This document shows positions 59,904 to 64,000 of a stretch of 64,000 nucleotides of DNA, piece by piece; the first letter of the stretch is position 1, and each line of letters begins with the position of its first letter. The translations under genes were made by a program, and so were the position numbers. The DNA lies in assembly GCA_949472775.1 (NCBI GenBank), contig CASWVG010000010.1:4185-68184 (forward strand), in the 5' to 3' direction. The DNA comes from an uncultured Lachnospiraceae bacterium. GTDB lineage: Bacteria > Bacillota > Clostridia > Lachnospirales > Lachnospiraceae. The notes under the pieces were generated by a model that was not told the DNA's origin, ran no database searches, and saw only the letters and a list, made by a program, of their open reading frames with translations.

Positions 59904-60325
59904 TTTTCCTCCCGCATTGTTTCCAGTTCTTTTTCATAATCAACATCTGCAGGCAGCGTACCCGCAAAAGACTGTAATGCAATCTCTTCAAACAATGTAC
60001 ACATCCTGCCATCTCCTTTTTCAAATGCACTATAGTCTATCTTGCTGTTGGTGGCTCCGGCTATCGTCATAACCACCGTCTTGTCCGTCCCATGTTCTTC
60101 ACTGTATTGTATAGCCTTTTCCCTCGCTTCATTCCTTGACAGATCCCGCCCTAAAAGAATTTCAAGCAGATTAAAAAGGTCTATGTTATCCCCGTTACTG
60201 AATGCCAGGCTATTGAGCGCCTTACATGCCTGCGCGTTACTGTCATACTGCTTCTTGTATACACCATAATCGTACCCCATGACCCGCATAAGCATGGCAT
60301 AATGAATATGCTCCTGTGGCTCCAT
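59900..60325 (-). pseudogene. Internal fragment of an Rpn-like gene
   Basis: EPQEHIHYAM.MRVMGYDY...MCTLFEEIA; lacks the N-terminus and has an unrelated tail. Confidence 0.6.
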
Positions 60326-60367
60326 GCCAAGCTACATTACCTGAGCAGTCTCTTTCAACAGAAAACT

Positions 60368-60574
60368 TTACCTAAACATCCTACGGATCTCTTCATCTGT
60401 CGGTTCCGCATCTCCACCCTGATACTTCTCCGCTGTGTAGTCACCATAACCGCCATTGTCAAACTGCTCCAGAAACTTTAGAGTCCCGGTTACTCCCAAA
60501 GCCTCCTTAAGCGCCATAATACCATTTTTTTGAATTTCCGCGTTATTCACTATATTTAGTTTCGTCGAAATCAT
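60368..60574 (-). CDS. Small partner (putative antitoxin) of the PIN protein
   Basis: GIMALKEALGVTGTLKFLEQFDNGGYGDYT; start coupled to the PIN stop (TAATG). Confidence 0.7.
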   Translation of the reverse strand: MISTKLNIVNNAEIQKNGIMALKEALGVTGTLKFLEQFDNGGYGDYTAEKYQGGDAEPTDEEIRRMFR

Positions 60575-61014
60575 TAATATAACACCTCCAATAGCCATTG
60601 ATTTGGATTCATGATCCTTGTATCTATCTTGATACGTCCGCCATTATGAATAAACTTTTTATCTGTTGTCAGAAGAGCATCTACTTTTGCGGTTTCCGCA
60701 CACGCTAAATGAATGCTGTCTTTATACTTAATATTGGAACAATGACGTATCTCTTCTGCTCTATCTAAAATCGAACCATCTACTCGAATTTCTTCAGAAC
60801 ACAAGTCATACATCATTTGAAGAACAGATTTCTTATAACTATCAGCAATGTCATTCATTTCCTTAACCAGCATTTCACTTCCCACTAATTCAACTGCTGC
60901 TTTTTCTGCCAACTCCAAAATAAGCATAACCGAATTTCGTTCATAATAAATCTGTGAATTGCTGCGATCATCAAGAATACGGTTATAGCAGCAGTTATCC
61001 AAATATATCTTCAC
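60574..61014 (-). CDS. PIN-domain (VapC-like) protein
   Basis: IYLDNCCYNR, DSIHLACA...LLTTD. Confidence 0.88.
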   Translation of the reverse strand: MKIYLDNCCYNRILDDRSNSQIYYERNSVMLILELAEKAAVELVGSEMLVKEMNDIADSYKKSVLQMMYDLCSEEIRVDGSILDRAEEIRHCSNIKYKDSIHLACAETAKVDALLTTDKKFIHNGGRIKIDTRIMNPNQWLLEVLY

Positions 61015-61226
61015 TTGAGTCCTCCCTCATAGCTTTCTCAATAACTTATTATCATTTTACCACATACCCTCCCTAATAACCACCCATTTTCTCTGACCAC
61101 ATCACCCTTACCCCACCTTTCCACCCATCCCACCCTATACAAATTCTATGAAAAACACACATATCATATACTTTGTAACAGGTGGAATAGGTGGATTGAT
61201 GGATTTCAGGCTGGTCAGCCCATTTC

Positions 61227-61724
61227 CTACTCAAACGGTCCGTACAATTTTCGCAACCTAAGATAAACCGAATATGGCAGACTGCTCTTGCCTTGCTCAT
61301 AAGTTTTATACATGGCAATCGTAACCCCCAGCTCATCAGCAAATCTTCTCTGTGTCACCCCTTTTTCCTTCCGCAATCTTTTCAATAGCTTAACCACATC
61401 CACAGTATCTATAAATTTATGATAATCATTACAGAAGTAATAAGTATCCTTGTCAAAATACGCTGCAAAAGATTTTAAGACCGGAATCTGCATGGACTCC
61501 TCGGGGAAATTTTCCCTTGTATAACTGCTGACCAGATCTCTGCCCACGCCCACCTCTCTGGCTAATCTTACCTTTGGAATCCGTCTGTCAAACAACTCAT
61601 AATTGATCCGATCGCTGATCTTCTCCATATGAAATTCCACTGGCGCAGACTCAAAATATCTCATACTCCTTATCTTGCTTTTGATGATCAGCATGTAGTC
61701 AAAAGTTTCCAAATAGGTACCATC
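61227..61724 (-). CDS. Tandem XRE-HTH reading frame cut by attR (in frame with the integrase on the circle)
   Basis: KVRLAREVGVGRDLVSSY and LKRLRKEKGVTQRRFADELGV..YKTYEQG; the frame is open up to the CGGCAA core. Confidence 0.8.
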   Translation of the reverse strand, partial: DGTYLETFDYMLIIKSKIRSMRYFESAPVEFHMEKISDRINYELFDRRIPKVRLAREVGVGRDLVSSYTRENFPEESMQIPVLKSFAAYFDKDTYYFCNDYHKFIDTVDVVKLLKRLRKEKGVTQRRFADELGVTIAMYKTYEQGKSSLPYSVYLRLRKLYGPFE

Positions 61725-61729
61725 GGCAA
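61703..61729. other. attR
   Basis: Element arm AAGTTTCCAA (61703-61712, the exact inverse of 27150-27159) followed by the CGGCAA core. Confidence 0.88.
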
Positions 61730-62378
61730 GTCCACTCTTTTGTCTATCATTGCAGGACTGCTCGCCCCGGAGGAGGGCGAAGTTCTCTACAGAGGACTTT
61801 CCTCCAAAGACTACTGCGCGGACACAGCTCTGAAGATAGGCTATATGCTGCAGAGAGACCATCTCTTTGAGTGGCGCACGGTCTACCGGAATGTCATTCT
61901 GGGACTTGAACTTACCCACAGCCTCACGAAGGAAAATACGGACTATGTTCTGAAACTGTTGGAAGATTACGGGCTTTATGGCTTTAAGGATAAAAAACCC
62001 TCCGAACTTTCCGGCGGCATGCGCCAACGCGCCGCCCTGATCCGCACCATGGCTGTCCACCCGGATCTCCTTCTTCTGGATGAACCTTTCAGCGCACTGG
62101 ATTTCCAGACCAGACTCTCCGTCTCCGCCGACATCGCCAATATCATCCGCCAGACAGGGAAAACCGCACTGTTAATCACCCATGATCTCTCCGAGGCAAT
62201 CACACTTGCCGACCGGGTGATCGTCCTCTCCAGACGTCCCGCCGGAGTCAAACGCGAAATGGAAATCCAATATGATATCAGCCGGGAAGACCCTCTTGCC
62301 GTCCGCGGCACCGCCGTCTATCAGACATACTTTAATCAATTATGGGAGGTATTAACCGATGACAAGACAACCGCATAA
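61730..62378 (+). pseudogene. ytlC: 3' fragment of the interrupted YtlC-like ABC ATPase
   Basis: (K)STLLSIIAGL, IGYMLQRDHLF, LSGGMRQR, LLLDEPFSALD, ITHD. Confidence 0.9.
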
Positions 62379-63180
62379 GACTTCGCCGCCTGTCTCTGCA
62401 CAGCAGGAAAATTTCCTGCGCGCCCACCACAGGCACCACCACCGGATCACACTCGGCAGATTTTTCCTTCTTCTTCTCTTTCTCGGATTGTGGGAGATGG
62501 CCGCAAGACTCGTCTGGATAGACAGTTTCTTTTTCAGCAGCCCTTCCGGCATCGTGAAATATCTCGGGCAGATGCTTGTGGATCACTCCTTCTTCGCCCA
62601 TACCGGCGTTACCCTTTTTGAAACAATCGCGAGTTTCTTTCTGGTTACGGTCTTAAGTCTCCTTGCCGCCACCTTACTATGGTATCACAACAGCCTCTCC
62701 GAAATTCTGGAACCCTACCTCGTCGTCCTGAATGCCCTGCCAAAATCCGCCCTTGCGCCGCTTTTGATCGTATGGCTTGGCACCGGCACAAATACCATTA
62801 TCGTGGCTGGTATCTCCGTAGCTGTTTTCGGTTCCATTATCAGTCTCTATACCGGTTTCTGTCAGGTTGACCCGGAAATGTGCAAGCTGATCTACACGCT
62901 GGGCGGCAGCCGCAAAGACGCCCTCTCCAAGGTGATCCTGCCAAGTTCCGTGCCGCTCATTTTGAGCAGTATGAAGGTCAATATCGGTCTTTCCCTTGTG
63001 GGCGTCATCATCGGGGAATTTCTTGCCGCCAGACGCGGACTCGGGTATCTGATTATCTATGGCTCTCAGGTGTTCCAGCTCAATATGGTGATCACTTCGA
63101 TTATTATTCTGTGCGCAATCGCCATGGTGTTCTACAAACTGATCCAGAGTGCGGAGCATTATTATAAGAAGAAATATTAA
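62359..63180 (+). CDS. ytlD: NitT/TauT-family ABC permease, YtlD-like
   Basis: FFSSPS, HTGVTLFET, PYLVVLNALPK, KVNIGLSLVGVIIGEF, GLGYLIIYGSQVF. Confidence 0.88.
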   Translation: MTRQPHKTSPPVSAQQENFLRAHHRHHHRITLGRFFLLLLFLGLWEMAARLVWIDSFFFSSPSGIVKYLGQMLVDHSFFAHTGVTLFETIASFFLVTVLSLLAATLLWYHNSLSEILEPYLVVLNALPKSALAPLLIVWLGTGTNTIIVAGISVAVFGSIISLYTGFCQVDPEMCKLIYTLGGSRKDALSKVILPSSVPLILSSMKVNIGLSLVGVIIGEFLAARRGLGYLIIYGSQVFQLNMVITSIIILCAIAMVFYKLIQSAEHYYKKKY

Positions 63181-63196
63181 TAACAAAAAAATGGAA

Positions 63197-63219
63197 GGGG
63201 CAGGCCCTATCGCCTGCCC
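63197..63219. terminator. Hairpin between convergent genes
   Basis: gggcaggc-N6-gcctgccc. Confidence 0.6.
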
Positions 63220-63227
63220 GGTTTCAT

Positions 63228-64000
63228 TCACTCAACAATGTTTTTGACAAATCCTCTGATTCCTATCACCCCGGCCGTCATAATACCAAACACGCTGATT
63301 CCCAGCTCCCTCCATGTAAAGTAGGAATGACAGCAGGAATGATCTTTGGTAAATAAATACCAGAAAAACGGATACAACGACACAAATATAATTGTTCCCA
63401 CTGCCGGAAAAAGGCTCCATTGTATTCTGACCTGTTTTACAATTCTGAACGCGACAATACATACTGTCACACATATAACCGCAGGCAGAATAACCCTCGT
63501 ATTACATACACCGAGATTCAGCTTCAGCGTATCATAATAAGAATGCTTTTCGGTAAAATATCCGCTGCGATAAGCAATCTGAGAAAATGCGTCATAAATG
63601 ATACTTTCCCCTGTAAAAACAGAAGCAATCACCCACTTTGACGACCACATTCCCGCATAACCGATGCCCCATGACAATGTATGTAAGAAAAGATTTTTCC
63701 AACTGCTTCTTTGCTTTTCCGGCAGACAGTTCCCATCCAGAACCAGATAAAAGATCAGCGGCACTCCCAGAGTAATAAACGGATATGTTAGGAAATCGAA
63801 ATAGGCAGTCATTACGCCAGTCAGAAGAAACAGATAATTTCTCTTCGTGTCGGTCAGCTTTTCTCTCCCTGTCAATAAAGCATACAGCGCCAGCATCATA
63901 ATGTAAAAGCACGGAGAATACTGTAGGGAACTGCAAAGACTGACAGGAGAAAGGAAAACATACATCCCTAAGAAGGGGACGATAAGTACATTTTCCTTCA
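63228..64000 (-). CDS. Polytopic membrane protein (probably starts beyond the right edge)
   Basis: Many TM segments, DFLTYP motif. Confidence 0.75.
   Translation of the reverse strand, partial: KENVLIVPFLGMYVFLSPVSLCSSLQYSPCFYIMMLALYALLTGREKLTDTKRNYLFLLTGVMTAYFDFLTYPFITLGVPLIFYLVLDGNCLPEKQRSSWKNLFLHTLSWGIGYAGMWSSKWVIASVFTGESIIYDAFSQIAYRSGYFTEKHSYYDTLKLNLGVCNTRVILPAVICVTVCIVAFRIVKQVRIQWSLFPAVGTIIFVSLYPFFWYLFTKDHSCCHSYFTWRELGISVFGIMTAGVIGIRGFVKNIVE

Larger units (their letters stand above)
27129..61729. mobile_element. ~34.6-kb serine-integrase integrative (probably mobilizable) element inside ytlC
   Basis: CGGCAA at 27129-27134 and 61724-61729; removal restores GPSGCGKST. Carries integrase, putative helicase, relaxase and MobC; no capsid, tail or T4SS genes seen. 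Confidence 0.92.

Noticed and set aside
27129-61729. Prophage or full ICE
   Set aside because: No terminase, capsid, tail or lysis genes and no VirB4/T4SS set were recognised.
61730-62060. N-terminal part of the 277-aa minus-strand ORF
   Set aside because: It is the antisense of ytlC. Only the part inside attR is HTH-like.
61629-62378. 249-aa ORF suggesting the element supplies a replacement N-terminus for the ABC ATPase
   Set aside because: The junction reads QIGTIGKST, lacking the GxxGxGKS P-loop and the preceding beta strands, and there is no clear RBS. It is unlikely to be a functional rescue.

Overview
This looks like a Lachnospiraceae-type (Clostridia) chromosomal window with three parts. 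(1) 1-8.3 kb: a minus-strand cluster with a 2064-aa DUF6603-like giant protein and two partner genes, running off the left edge. (2) 8.5-26.8 kb: ordinary genes (lipoprotein, PIN protein, esterase, hybrid histidine kinase, ferritin-like coat protein, GGGtGRT/NifU pair, GGDEF and GGDEF-EAL proteins, topB, asd, argH). (3) 27129-61729: a ~34.6-kb serine-recombinase integrative element, probably mobilizable, inserted exactly into the Walker A codons (GPSGCG|KST) of a ytlC-like ABC ATPase gene that has a sigmaK-like promoter. A CGGCAA core occurs at both ends. Rejoining the ends in silico restores a 262-aa host ATPase and also fuses the recombinase ORF in frame to a tandem-HTH ORF at the far end (742 aa in the circle versus 628 aa when integrated). 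The element carries a putative replicative ATPase/helicase, a YqaJ/Sak/DUF932 recombination module, a small relaxase/MobC pair, and a tightly coupled operon (two dynamin-like GTPases, membrane protein, HerA-like ATPase with a Ser/Thr-rich insert, NS-endonuclease toxin, YezG-like immunity protein, WYL regulator). It ends in an array of toxin-antitoxin genes and Rpn fragments. Family assignments come from motif recognition by eye, not database searches.
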